DNA of 64,000 bases from Betaproteobacteria bacterium. Its GTDB lineage: Bacteria > Pseudomonadota > Gammaproteobacteria > Burkholderiales > Burkholderiaceae_C. The position numbers and the translations under genes are program-made. The stretch lies in contig JANXSZ010000001.1 in the NCBI GenBank assembly GCA_025356445.1, positions 168,559 to 232,558 of the forward strand. Direction: 5' to 3'. The number at the start of each line of letters is the position of its first letter. Positions within the stretch are counted from its first letter, which is position 1. Of the stretch, positions 39,046-47,337 are shown in pieces. Under the pieces are notes generated by a model. That model saw only the letters and a program-made list of their open reading frames with translations, was not told the origin of the DNA and did no database searches.

Positions 39046-40116
39046 ATGAAAACCCCAAAACTCAGCCTCGCAGCAAGCCTTTGCCTAGTAGCGTTCGGTG
39101 CCAACGCACAGTCCAGCGTCACGATGTACGGCTCCATTGACCAGTACCTCAACGTCATGAAGAGCAGCTCAGGCACGCGCATCGTCGCACTCGAAGACGG
39201 CACCTCACTGCGCAGCCGTTTGGGCTTTCGCGGTGTAGAGGATTTGGGCGGCGGCATGTCGGCCAAGTTTCAACTCGAAATGGGCTTTGCCACCGACAGC
39301 GGCGCACCAGCCGATACCGCACGCGCGTTTGACCGCCAGTCCTGGGTCGGTCTTGCCACGCCTTACGGTGAATTCCGCCTGGGCCGCCAAAACGGTGTGG
39401 TGTTCGGTCGGGGTGATTACATCGACTTCACCTCACGCACCTTGGGCTCTGTGGTTAACGCGTTTGGTACGCCTTCACGCTTTGACAACGACATCGCCTA
39501 CATCTCGCCACGCGTTGGCGGCTTCATGGCCGAAGCCCACTTTGCACTGGCCGAAACCACTGCAGGTTTTGCCAAACAAGCGGTTTACCAGTCTGGGTTG
39601 GACTACCTGAATGGGCCATTCCGCGTGGGCTATGCCGGTATCGTGGGCAAGGCACCTGCGGGTGCCGCAGTGTCGCAAAGCATGCGCTATGACAACCTGT
39701 ACGCAAACTACGACTACGGCAACGGCAAGCTCTACGGCGTGTACATCCGCTCGAACAACAATGCTGCCAGCGGCGTGCTGAACAACGGCGGCTCCATTCT
39801 GGGCAACGTCGGTGGTTTGGTGGCTGGCACCAACACCGAAGCCAACCGTTTCTACCGCATCGTGCAGTTGTCTGCCGACTACAACGTGTCGCCACTGCTG
39901 CGTGTGGGTGGCTTGTATGGCCGCATCACCGACCTCTCAGGCAATGGCAAGAACGCCAACGGCTTCGGTCTGGGCGCGTACTACCTGCTCTCCAAGCGCA
40001 CCACGTTGGTCGCCTTGGCCAACAGCCTGCGCAACGACACCAATGCCGGCTTTCGCCCCGCAGGTTCCGCCGGTATCCGGGCTAACTTCACCGCCGCTGG
40101 CGACGTGAATGGCTAG
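39046..40116 (+). CDS. outer-membrane porin (Omp32/OmpC-superfamily), third copy
   Basis: The ATG at 39046 is preceded by AGGAG. It has a signal peptide MKTPKLSLAASLCLVAFGANAQ, SSVTMYGSID and RLGFRGVEDLGGG. The final beta-strand region YYLLSKRTTLVALA is similar to the other two porins. Confidence 0.9.
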   Translation: MKTPKLSLAASLCLVAFGANAQSSVTMYGSIDQYLNVMKSSSGTRIVALEDGTSLRSRLGFRGVEDLGGGMSAKFQLEMGFATDSGAPADTARAFDRQSWVGLATPYGEFRLGRQNGVVFGRGDYIDFTSRTLGSVVNAFGTPSRFDNDIAYISPRVGGFMAEAHFALAETTAGFAKQAVYQSGLDYLNGPFRVGYAGIVGKAPAGAAVSQSMRYDNLYANYDYGNGKLYGVYIRSNNNAASGVLNNGGSILGNVGGLVAGTNTEANRFYRIVQLSADYNVSPLLRVGGLYGRITDLSGNGKNANGFGLGAYYLLSKRTTLVALANSLRNDTNAGFRPAGSAGIRANFTAAGDVNG

Positions 40117-40200
40117 ACGATCAACGGCGTCCAGTTCGGTATCGTGCACAAGTTTTAAGCATCTCTCATAACTATAAACGGGTATCTCCAAGGTTTTTTC

Positions 40201-40225
40201 AAGCACCCTCCGGGGTGCTTTTTTT
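40201..40225 (+). terminator. rho-independent terminator after the porin gene
   Basis: AAGCACCC-TCCG-GGGTGCTT followed by TTTTT. Confidence 0.75.
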
Positions 40226-40269
40226 ATGGAAAACTGCAATCTACGCCCCACAAAACAAAAGCATTCGCC

Positions 40270-41049
40270 TCAAATCACATTGCGCAGCTCTGCGGCCACC
40301 TGCTGCAACGCGGGCAACACCCGCCGCACGGCATCTTCGGCGCGCTCCTGGCCCATTTGCATGCTGAGGCTCAACGCGCCCAGGGTCTCGGCCTTGTGGT
40401 TTTTGAGCGGCACGGCAATACCGCGAACACCCAACTCCAGCTGCTGCTCTGAAAGCGCATAGCCCTGGTGAGCGGCCTTGCGGATTTCGTCATTCAACTG
40501 CTGTTTGTCCACCAAGGTGAATGGGGTGTGAGGGCGTATGTCGCAAGAAGCCAGCAACCCCGCACTGTGTTCGGGGGTGTACGCTGAAAGGATGGCCATG
40601 CCTGCCGACGCCACGGTGGGGGCCGTGCGTGCGCCCAACACAAAGCCGGTGTTCATCACCTGGTTGGCACCGTTTCTGGCAATGTAGACCAACTCATCGG
40701 CATCCAGAATGGCGACAAAAGCGCTTTCTTTGGTTACTCCCGTCAGCCGCTGTAAAAACGGCTGCACGATGCGCGGCAGGCGGGCAGAGTACAGGTAGGC
40801 CGTGCCCAAACGCAAGACCTTGGGCTGAAGCCAAAAGGTTTTACCGTCGCTGCCCACGTAGCCCATGTAGCTCAGCATCATCAGATGGCGACGGGCTGAC
40901 GAGCGTGTCATGCCCGTGCGCCGCGCTGCCTCGGTCGCTGTCAATCGGTGGTTCTCCATGTCAAAGGCTTCAATGATGGCCAGACCTTTTTCAAGGCCGG
41001 CAATCCAGTTGCGTTTATCGACTTCAGGAGGCAGCGGTACAGAGTTCAT
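40270..41049 (-). CDS. IclR-family transcriptional regulator
   Basis: 259 aa with an N-terminal winged HTH (LEKGLAIIEAF...LTATEAARRTGMTRSSARRHLMMLSYMGYV) and an IclR effector domain. Confidence 0.88.
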   Translation of the reverse strand: MNSVPLPPEVDKRNWIAGLEKGLAIIEAFDMENHRLTATEAARRTGMTRSSARRHLMMLSYMGYVGSDGKTFWLQPKVLRLGTAYLYSARLPRIVQPFLQRLTGVTKESAFVAILDADELVYIARNGANQVMNTGFVLGARTAPTVASAGMAILSAYTPEHSAGLLASCDIRPHTPFTLVDKQQLNDEIRKAAHQGYALSEQQLELGVRGIAVPLKNHKAETLGALSLSMQMGQERAEDAVRRVLPALQQVAAELRNVI

Positions 41050-41110
41050 GGTGCTGGGTTCAGTGGGGTTTTCACAAGGTCATGAGCCCAGTCACAGGTT
41101 GAATAGCGTC

Positions 41111-41944
41111 TCAATAGCGCAACGTGGCCAGTGAGCGCAGTACTTCAGCCGTGGTCGTGGGGTAGCCAAAAAACTCCAGGTAGGCCGGAATCTGCTCAAA
41201 CAGCATGTCCGTCCCCACCTGGTAGCGGCAACCCCGGGCTTTGGCTGCGGTCAAAAAGGCTGTCATTTCTTGCCGCATGACCACTTCACCCACAAAAGCC
41301 TCGGGAGCGATGCGTGACACGTCCATGGGCAACGGATCGCCCTCATTCATGCCCATCGGGGTGGCATTGACCACCAAACCGTAGCCTGCGGGGTCGTTGC
41401 TGCCCGTACTGACTTCCATCAGTGGGTAATGCGCCCGCAAGCGGCTGGCCAAGCCCTCCGCGGAGTCGGTGTAAGCGTCAAACAACCCTATGGCGCCTAC
41501 ACCCGCTGCAGCCAGCGAAGCGGCAATGGCCGAACCGACACCACCACAACCCACCACCAGCACGCGTGCACCGTCCAACGCACAGCCTTTGCGGCGGATA
41601 CCGCGCACAAAGCCTTCGCCGTCAAACAAATCACCCTGTAAACGGCCATCGGCACTGCGGCGCACCGCATTGCAAGCCCCGGCAATTTTCACCGTGGGGG
41701 TAACGTCATCCAGCAGACCGACTGTCGCCACCTTGTGCGGCATGGTGATGAGTGCGCCCCGGATGTTGGTCAACGTGAACAGCGTGCGCACAAACGCCGG
41801 GTAATCTTCGGGTTTGCACCCCATTGGGAACACCTTGGCATTGACACCAATGTGGTCGAAATAGGGGTTGTAGATCATCGGCGCTTTGAACGAATGCGTG
41901 GGAAAACCGATGTGAGCGATCAGCTCGGTGTTGCCAGTAATCAT
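41111..41944 (-). CDS. shikimate/quinate dehydrogenase family protein (AroE/YdiB paralog)
   Basis: 277 aa. It has HSFKAPMIYNPYF, ITMPHK, Rossmann GCGGVGSAIA and NATPMGM. A second, canonical aroE starts at 63361. Confidence 0.8.
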   Translation of the reverse strand: MITGNTELIAHIGFPTHSFKAPMIYNPYFDHIGVNAKVFPMGCKPEDYPAFVRTLFTLTNIRGALITMPHKVATVGLLDDVTPTVKIAGACNAVRRSADGRLQGDLFDGEGFVRGIRRKGCALDGARVLVVGCGGVGSAIAASLAAAGVGAIGLFDAYTDSAEGLASRLRAHYPLMEVSTGSNDPAGYGLVVNATPMGMNEGDPLPMDVSRIAPEAFVGEVVMRQEMTAFLTAAKARGCRYQVGTDMLFEQIPAYLEFFGYPTTTAEVLRSLATLRY

Positions 41945-42387
41945 TGGGCAGCAACCTTTGCAGCAGAGACCCCCGCCCGTAACGCGAGCAAGTAGCTTTC
42001 GGCACCAAAACCGCAGATCTGGCCCTTGGCGATTTCGGCAAACACAGACAAGTGACGAAACGCCTCACGGGCGTGGATGTTGGACATGTGAACCTCAATG
42101 ATGGGGCATTTCAAAATAGCCAGCGCATCGCGAATGCCATAGCTGTAATGCGTCCAGGCACCCGCGTTGATGAGCACCGCGTCCACACCCTCGGCATAGC
42201 CTTGGTGAATGCGCTCCACCATGGCACCCTCAAAATTGGTTTGGAAGCACTCCACCGCCACACCCAGCTCTTGGCCCAAGGTGTGCAGGCTGGCGTCGAT
42301 CTCGGCCAGCGTGGTAGTACCGTACTGCGCGGGGTCGCGCTTGCCAAACATATTGAGGTTGATGCCATTCAGCACGAGGATTTTCAT
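41941..42387 (-). CDS. aroQ: type II 3-dehydroquinate dehydratase
   Basis: 148 aa. It has MKILVLNGINLNMFGKRDPAQYG and EVHMSNIHAREAFR. Confidence 0.93.
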   Translation of the reverse strand: MKILVLNGINLNMFGKRDPAQYGTTTLAEIDASLHTLGQELGVAVECFQTNFEGAMVERIHQGYAEGVDAVLINAGAWTHYSYGIRDALAILKCPIIEVHMSNIHAREAFRHLSVFAEIAKGQICGFGAESYLLALRAGVSAAKVAAQ

Positions 42388-42394
42388 AAGTTCC

Positions 42395-42412
42395 CTTGAT
42401 GACCTTGATGAC
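42395..42412. repeat. perfect 9-bp tandem duplication (CTTGATGAC x2) between dctP and aroQ
   Basis: Read directly from the sequence. It lies just upstream of the aroQ ribosome-binding region on the minus strand. Confidence 0.9.
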
Positions 42413-42417
42413 TTTGT

Positions 42418-43434
42418 TTATTTACGTACTTTCGCCAATTCAGCTTGCATCGCCTGCACGGTTTCCTGGCCTACCGACACAGCGTACTTGGCGATCACAG
42501 GGCGCATTTTGTCGCGCAGCTTGTCCACTTCAGCAGTGGGCAATTCGGTGACTTGCATACCGGCCTTTTTCAGCGTGTCCAGCGCGGTGGTGGCGGCTTC
42601 ACGGGCAACTTGGCGCTGGTATTTACCGGCTTCCACGGCAGCGTCACCGATCAGCTTTTGCTCGTCTTTGTTGAGCTTGTCCCAAAACTTCTTGCTGATG
42701 ATGACGGACTGGGGGTTGTAGACGTGGTTGGTCAGCGTGAGGTGCTTTTGCACTTCAGAAAACTTGTTCACCAAAATCACGCTGAGCGGGTTTTCTTGGC
42801 CGTCCAGTGCCTTGGATTCCATGGCGGCATAAACCTCGGGGAAAGCCATGGGCGTGGGGTTCGCACCCAGCGCACGCACCCAGTCCAGGTTGATCGGGTT
42901 CGGGATCACGCGGATCTTCAGGCCCGCCAAATCGTCCAGCTTGTTGATGGGACGCTTGCTGTTGGTCATGTTGCGAAAGCCCAGCTCCCAGTAGGTCAGG
43001 CCGACCATGCCTTTGTCGGTCAGCTTGGCATGCATCATCTTGCCAAACGGGCCATCGACCACGAAGTCGGCTTCTTTGGAGCTGGAGAATTGGAACGGAA
43101 AGTCATAAATCGCAAACTCTTTGACCTGGCTGGCCAAGATGCCGGAATTCATCGTCACCATCTCCAGCGTGCCGCCTTGCAAGGCGGACACATTGGGAGC
43201 GTCACCACCCAAAATCCCACCAGGAAACAGGTTGACCTTGATCTTGCCACCCGACTTGGCCGCGACGATCTCAGCGAACTTTTCCATGCCCATCACCAGG
43301 GGATGGCCCTTGGGGTTTTGCGTGGCGAACTTGATGGTGTGCTCTTGAATGCCTTGAGCGTGGGTGACGTTAACCGCACCCAAGGTGGCAAAAGTAGCAG
43401 CAGCAATCAGGGTTTTAAGCATCCGACGTTTCAT
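42418..43434 (-). CDS. TRAP transporter substrate-binding protein (DctP family)
   Basis: 338 aa with a signal peptide MKRRMLKTLIAAATFATLGAVNVTHA and typical DctP-family sequence. Confidence 0.9.
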   Translation of the reverse strand: MKRRMLKTLIAAATFATLGAVNVTHAQGIQEHTIKFATQNPKGHPLVMGMEKFAEIVAAKSGGKIKVNLFPGGILGGDAPNVSALQGGTLEMVTMNSGILASQVKEFAIYDFPFQFSSSKEADFVVDGPFGKMMHAKLTDKGMVGLTYWELGFRNMTNSKRPINKLDDLAGLKIRVIPNPINLDWVRALGANPTPMAFPEVYAAMESKALDGQENPLSVILVNKFSEVQKHLTLTNHVYNPQSVIISKKFWDKLNKDEQKLIGDAAVEAGKYQRQVAREAATTALDTLKKAGMQVTELPTAEVDKLRDKMRPVIAKYAVSVGQETVQAMQAELAKVRK

Positions 43435-43503
43435 GGTGTCTCCTAGGGAATAAATTAAATAAATCAGAGGGGTAAAAAAACGGTAGCAGCGAATCAGTTG
43501 AGA

Positions 43504-44784
43504 TCAGTTGTACAGCAAGCGTGCTGGCCACATGATGATCTGCGGGAACAGCACCATCAAGAACATCAGCGCGAACTGCACCAGCATGAAGGGCATCACA
43601 CCACGGGTCACGTCGTCCATGCGCATCTTGCCAACACCAGCGACCACATTCAGCACAGTGCCCACAGGCGGTGTGACCAAGCCAATCGAGTTGTTGATGA
43701 TGAACAGCACGCCGAAGTACACCGGGTCAATGCCAGCGGCCTTCACCAACGGCATCAGCACGGGGGTAAGGATCAAAATCGTGGGTGTCATGTCCATCGC
43801 CGTGCCCACAATGATGACCAGCACCATGATGGCCATCATCAGCAACATGGGGCTGCCGAGCAGCGGGCTGAGCAAGTTCACCACTTGGTCAGGCAACTGC
43901 GCCACGGTGATGAGCCAGGCTGACACCATCGCAGCAGCCACCAAGAACATGATGACGGCGGTGGTTTTGGCGGCGGCCAGGAACACCTCAAAAATTTGTT
44001 TGACGTTGAGTTCCTTGTAAATGAACACGGCCACGAACAGCGCGTACACCGCCGCGACCACAGCCGCTTCGGTGGGCGTGAACACACCCATGCGCAGACC
44101 CACCAGAATGAACACGGGCAACATCAAGGCCCATGCGGCACTGCGCATGGCGGCCATCACTTCGGCCAGCGTTTTACGGGGGGGAGGCGTCAGCAGTTCG
44201 CGGCGGGTCAACCACCACCAGGTAAACCACAAGCCAGCGGCCAACACCAAGCCCGGAAAAATACCGGCCAGGAACAGTTTGCTGATAGACACGTTGGCTG
44301 ACACACCAAAAATCACGAATCCAATCGACGGCGGAATGATGGGGCCGATCACCCCGCAAGCGGCAATCAGACCACCGCTGCGCGCCTTGTCGTGACCAGC
44401 CGCCACCATCATGGGCAACAGCAAGGCCGTGAGTGCCGCCGCATCCGCCACCGCAGAGCCTGACAAGGCCGACAGCAAGCAAGCCGCCACGATAGTCACG
44501 TAGCCCAAACCGCCGCGAATATGGCCTACCAGCGCCATGGCGAAATCCACAATGCGGCGCGACAAACCGCCGGTGTTCATCACCTCACCAGCCAGCATGA
44601 AGAAAGGCACGGCCAACAGCGGGAAGCTGTCCGCACCGTTGATCACGTTTTGCGCCAGGATTTGCGCGTCAAACATGTCCATGTGAACCATCAACGCGGC
44701 CCCACAGAGCAGCAAAGAGAAAGCAATCGGCACACCCAGCGCCATAGCGGCAAGCAGGGAACCGAGGAAAACAGCGATAGTCAT
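43504..44784 (-). CDS. TRAP transporter large permease (DctM family)
   Basis: 426 aa, a polytopic membrane protein with the typical DctM N-terminus MTIAVFLGSLLAAMALGVPIAFSLL. Confidence 0.92.
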   Translation of the reverse strand: MTIAVFLGSLLAAMALGVPIAFSLLLCGAALMVHMDMFDAQILAQNVINGADSFPLLAVPFFMLAGEVMNTGGLSRRIVDFAMALVGHIRGGLGYVTIVAACLLSALSGSAVADAAALTALLLPMMVAAGHDKARSGGLIAACGVIGPIIPPSIGFVIFGVSANVSISKLFLAGIFPGLVLAAGLWFTWWWLTRRELLTPPPRKTLAEVMAAMRSAAWALMLPVFILVGLRMGVFTPTEAAVVAAVYALFVAVFIYKELNVKQIFEVFLAAAKTTAVIMFLVAAAMVSAWLITVAQLPDQVVNLLSPLLGSPMLLMMAIMVLVIIVGTAMDMTPTILILTPVLMPLVKAAGIDPVYFGVLFIINNSIGLVTPPVGTVLNVVAGVGKMRMDDVTRGVMPFMLVQFALMFLMVLFPQIIMWPARLLYN

Positions 44785-44808
44785 TTTTGTTCCAATCTGT
44801 TCTTGGGT

Positions 44809-45348
44809 TTATTGCACAGGCTTAGGCACGTCGATCGGCTCTTCTTCCGATTCGCGAATCCCCACCAGCTGGGCTTCGGTCAGCTGACCGGTGAACAAAC
44901 GCCACAGGTTGTTCAGCAAAATCACCGCACCGGAGACGGCAAACACGGTGCCGCAGCAGTAAAACCAAGCCATCGACACTTCCATCGCCGCACTGGTGGA
45001 GTCCCAGTTAATCAGCACTTGGTCATACGCGCCTTTGAACAGCAGCCAGCAAATGAACAGCATCAGCAGATGGCCCGCCAGCATGCAGAATTTTTTGCCA
45101 GCGATGGGCAAGCGCGATACCAGCGTATCGGTGCCCAGGTGTGCGCCTTCGTTCATGGCGATGATGCCGCCCAGGAAGGTCAGCCACACGAACAACCAGC
45201 GTGACAGTTCCTCGGAGACAGCGATGCCAGAGTTCATGGCGTAGCGCATCACCACGTTGGTGAACACCAGCACCACCATCACAGCGAGGCTGGCAGCAAT
45301 CAGCCAGGACAACAGCTGGCAGTATTTGTCTATCAATTTCTGGATCAC
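44809..45348 (-). CDS. TRAP transporter small permease (DctQ family)
   Basis: 179 aa with 4 TM helices. It has a GTG start preceded by TGGAGAC and sits directly upstream of dctM. Confidence 0.85.
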   Translation of the reverse strand: MIQKLIDKYCQLLSWLIAASLAVMVVLVFTNVVMRYAMNSGIAVSEELSRWLFVWLTFLGGIIAMNEGAHLGTDTLVSRLPIAGKKFCMLAGHLLMLFICWLLFKGAYDQVLINWDSTSAAMEVSMAWFYCCGTVFAVSGAVILLNNLWRLFTGQLTEAQLVGIRESEEEPIDVPKPVQ

Positions 45349-45365
45349 GGTTTGTCTCCAATTCG

Positions 45366-45389
45366 GTTTCGGTACGATAATGTACGAAC
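45366..45389. promoter_or_regulatory. imperfect inverted repeat upstream of the TRAP operon, candidate operator
   Basis: GTTTCGGTAC-GATAAT-GTACGAAC lies 18-41 nt upstream of the dctQ GTG. The arms pair if one bulged base is allowed. It is a candidate site for the IclR-type regulator of the cluster. Confidence 0.3.
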
Positions 45390-45405
45390 TAGTTAGTTTT
45401 TATAA

Positions 45406-45606
45406 AATCAGGGGAAACCCGTAGATCATGTGGCAGCTCGGCACGCAAACGATGTGATCGTGACCTTGCCTCGCCAAATGGGTGAAACACTGGCCCGTAT
45501 GGGTGATTTGGCGGTGCTGGACTGCCCGGTACGCGTGGCAGGGTTTTCGGTGAAGCAGCATTGGCACGCCCGGTTTCACCAGGATGCGGGCAACAAATGG
45601 CTGCGG
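45406..45606 (+). pseudogene. relic of a LysR-family regulator gene (C-terminal ~60 codons only)
   Basis: The translation ...DVIVTLPRQMGETLARMGDLAVLDCPVRVAGFSVKQHWHARFHQDAGNKWLR is the characteristic C-terminal end of NodD-like LysR regulators. No HTH or remaining effector domain precedes it; a stop at 45403 and dctQ lie immediately upstream. Confidence 0.6.
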
Positions 45607-45624
45607 GGGGGGTGGCAGGCCTGT

Positions 45625-45900
45625 TTACCGCCCCATGACCCACTGCGCCGTGGCCCCGGCCAGCACCATGGCGGTATAGGTCGCCATCTTGCCGTCGCGC
45701 CCAAAGAACCACAGCCCCAGCAGCAAGACCGCCAAACACACTACAAAATTAATAGCTGCCTGCGCCCACCAAATAATCGATACAGGCTTATTGGATACCC
45801 AAAATCGCCCGGCCACAACCAGGCACAACGCCAGAATCATGGCAGGTGCGGCAAAGTTCGCGAGGTGGGTGATCAGGGTCGTCAGGTTCATAGGGGTCAT
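45625..45900 (-). CDS. small hypothetical membrane protein (3 TM)
   Basis: The start is placed at the ATG at 45900 (MTPMNLTTLITHLANFAAPAMILALCLVVAG...). A start at 45957 would leave only 5 nt before divergent hemA. No family recognised. Confidence 0.5.
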   Translation of the reverse strand: MTPMNLTTLITHLANFAAPAMILALCLVVAGRFWVSNKPVSIIWWAQAAINFVVCLAVLLLGLWFFGRDGKMATYTAMVLAGATAQWVMGR

Positions 45901-45912
45901 CAATTTTATAAT
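45885..45912 (+). promoter_or_regulatory. candidate sigma70 promoter of hemA
   Basis: A perfect TATAAT at 45907-45912 lies 51 nt upstream of the hemA ATG. A weak -35 GGTTCA lies 16 nt upstream of it. Confidence 0.3.
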
Positions 45913-45962
45913 CGGGGCTTCGCTGAAAATAAAGCATAACAACACCAAGAAGTACACGCACG

Positions 45963-47267
45963 ATGGCAGTCTGGGCTTTGGGCCTTAACCACACCACAGC
46001 GCCGCTCGATTTGCGCGGCCGGTTTGCGTTCGCCTTGGACCAAATTGCACCCACCCTGGGCGGGCTGCGCGAGGCCTTGAGCCAGCAGGCCCCGCAGCAG
46101 TCCAACACCGGCCCTGAAGTCGCCATTCTCTCTACCTGCAACCGCACCGAGATTTATGGTGTGGGGGACCACAACAGCCTGGTACCTGTGCTGAACTGGC
46201 TCGCCCACACGGGTGGCGTGACGCCGGCAGTGCTGCAAAGCCATGCTTACACCCTGCAAGACGGCTTGGCTGCCCGCCATGCGTTTCGCGTGGCCAGTGG
46301 GCTGGACAGCATGGTACTGGGCGAGCCGCAAATCCTGGGGCAGTTCAAAGATGCCGTACGGGTAGCCGACGAAGCCGGGGCCTTGGGCACCACGCTGAAC
46401 CAGCTGTTCCAGCGCTCGTTCGCCGTTGCCAAAGAGGTACGCACCTCGACCGAGGTGGGCGCGCATTCCATCAGCATGGCGGCGGCGGCTGTGCGCCTCG
46501 CCGGGCAGTTGTTTGAAGACTTGCGCAAAATCCGTGTGCTGTTTGTAGGTGCGGGCGAAATGATTGAGCTGGCGGCCACCCACTTTGCCGCCAAGCAGCC
46601 GCTGGCCATGGCGATCGCCAACCGCAGCGTAGAGCGTGGCGACAAGCTGGCTGCCCGCTTTGGTGCAGAAGTGATGCGACTGGCCGATTTGCCTGATCGC
46701 CTGCACGAGTTCGATGCCGTCATCAGCTGCACCGCCAGTACGCTGCCGTTGATCGGTTTGGGGGCCGTGGAGCGCGCCCTGAAGCGCCGCAAGCACCGCC
46801 CGATGTTCATGGTCGATTTGGCCGTACCGCGTGACATCGAGCCTGAAGTCAAAGCACTGGAAGACGTGTACCTCTACACCGTGGATGACCTGTCCCACGT
46901 CGTGCAAACCGCGCAGGCCAGCCGCCAAGCAGCCGTAGCGCAGGCCGAGGTCATCATCGACGCGGGGGTGCAGAGCTTCATGCACTGGATGGCCCAGCGC
47001 GGCCCCGGTGGGGTGGTACCGCTGATTCGCCAGCTGAACGCTCAGGCCGACGAGTGGCGCGCCGCTGAGTTGGCACGCGCCCACAAAGCCCTGCTGCGCG
47101 GCGACGATGTGCAAGCCGTGATGGAAGCGCTGTCGCGCGGCCTCACGCAAAAGATGCTGCACGGGGCGATGGCCGAGCTGAACGCCGCCGACCCGGCCCA
47201 CCGCGACCAGACGGCGCAGACCATCACGCGCCTCTTTTTACGCTCTCAAAGCAAAAATAGCCTGTAG
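45963..47267 (+). CDS. hemA: glutamyl-tRNA reductase
   Basis: 434 aa with the catalytic-Cys motif [18 protein letters not shown] and the NADPH site VGAGEMIEL. Confidence 0.95.
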   Translation: MAVWALGLNHTTAPLDLRGRFAFALDQIAPTLGGLREALSQQAPQQSNTGPEVAILSTCNRTEIYGVGDHNSLVPVLNWLAHTGGVTPAVLQSHAYTLQDGLAARHAFRVASGLDSMVLGEPQILGQFKDAVRVADEAGALGTTLNQLFQRSFAVAKEVRTSTEVGAHSISMAAAAVRLAGQLFEDLRKIRVLFVGAGEMIELAATHFAAKQPLAMAIANRSVERGDKLAARFGAEVMRLADLPDRLHEFDAVISCTASTLPLIGLGAVERALKRRKHRPMFMVDLAVPRDIEPEVKALEDVYLYTVDDLSHVVQTAQASRQAAVAQAEVIIDAGVQSFMHWMAQRGPGGVVPLIRQLNAQADEWRAAELARAHKALLRGDDVQAVMEALSRGLTQKMLHGAMAELNAADPAHRDQTAQTITRLFLRSQSKNSL

Positions 47268-47311
47268 CGCAGATCTGGTGCGCTGGTAAAGCTATCAATT
47301 TGGTAGCTATC
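47262..47311. repeat. dispersed ~50-nt intergenic repeat, copy A
   Basis: CTGTAGCGCAGATCTGGTGCGCTGGTAAAGCTATCAATTTGGTAGCTATC. The first bases contain the hemA stop codon. It has two small hairpins (AGCGCA...TGCGCT and AGCTA...TAGCT). Confidence 0.7.
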
Positions 47312-47337
47312 TTTGTTTTCTGTTTTTTCCTATCCTC

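Noticed and set aside
45430-45939. 169-aa ORF as an intact gene
   Set aside because: Only its first roughly 60 codons have protein-like similarity (a LysR C-terminus). The remainder is the antisense of the small membrane-protein gene and is Gly/Pro/His/Arg/Gln-rich. I treated it as a pseudogene relic.
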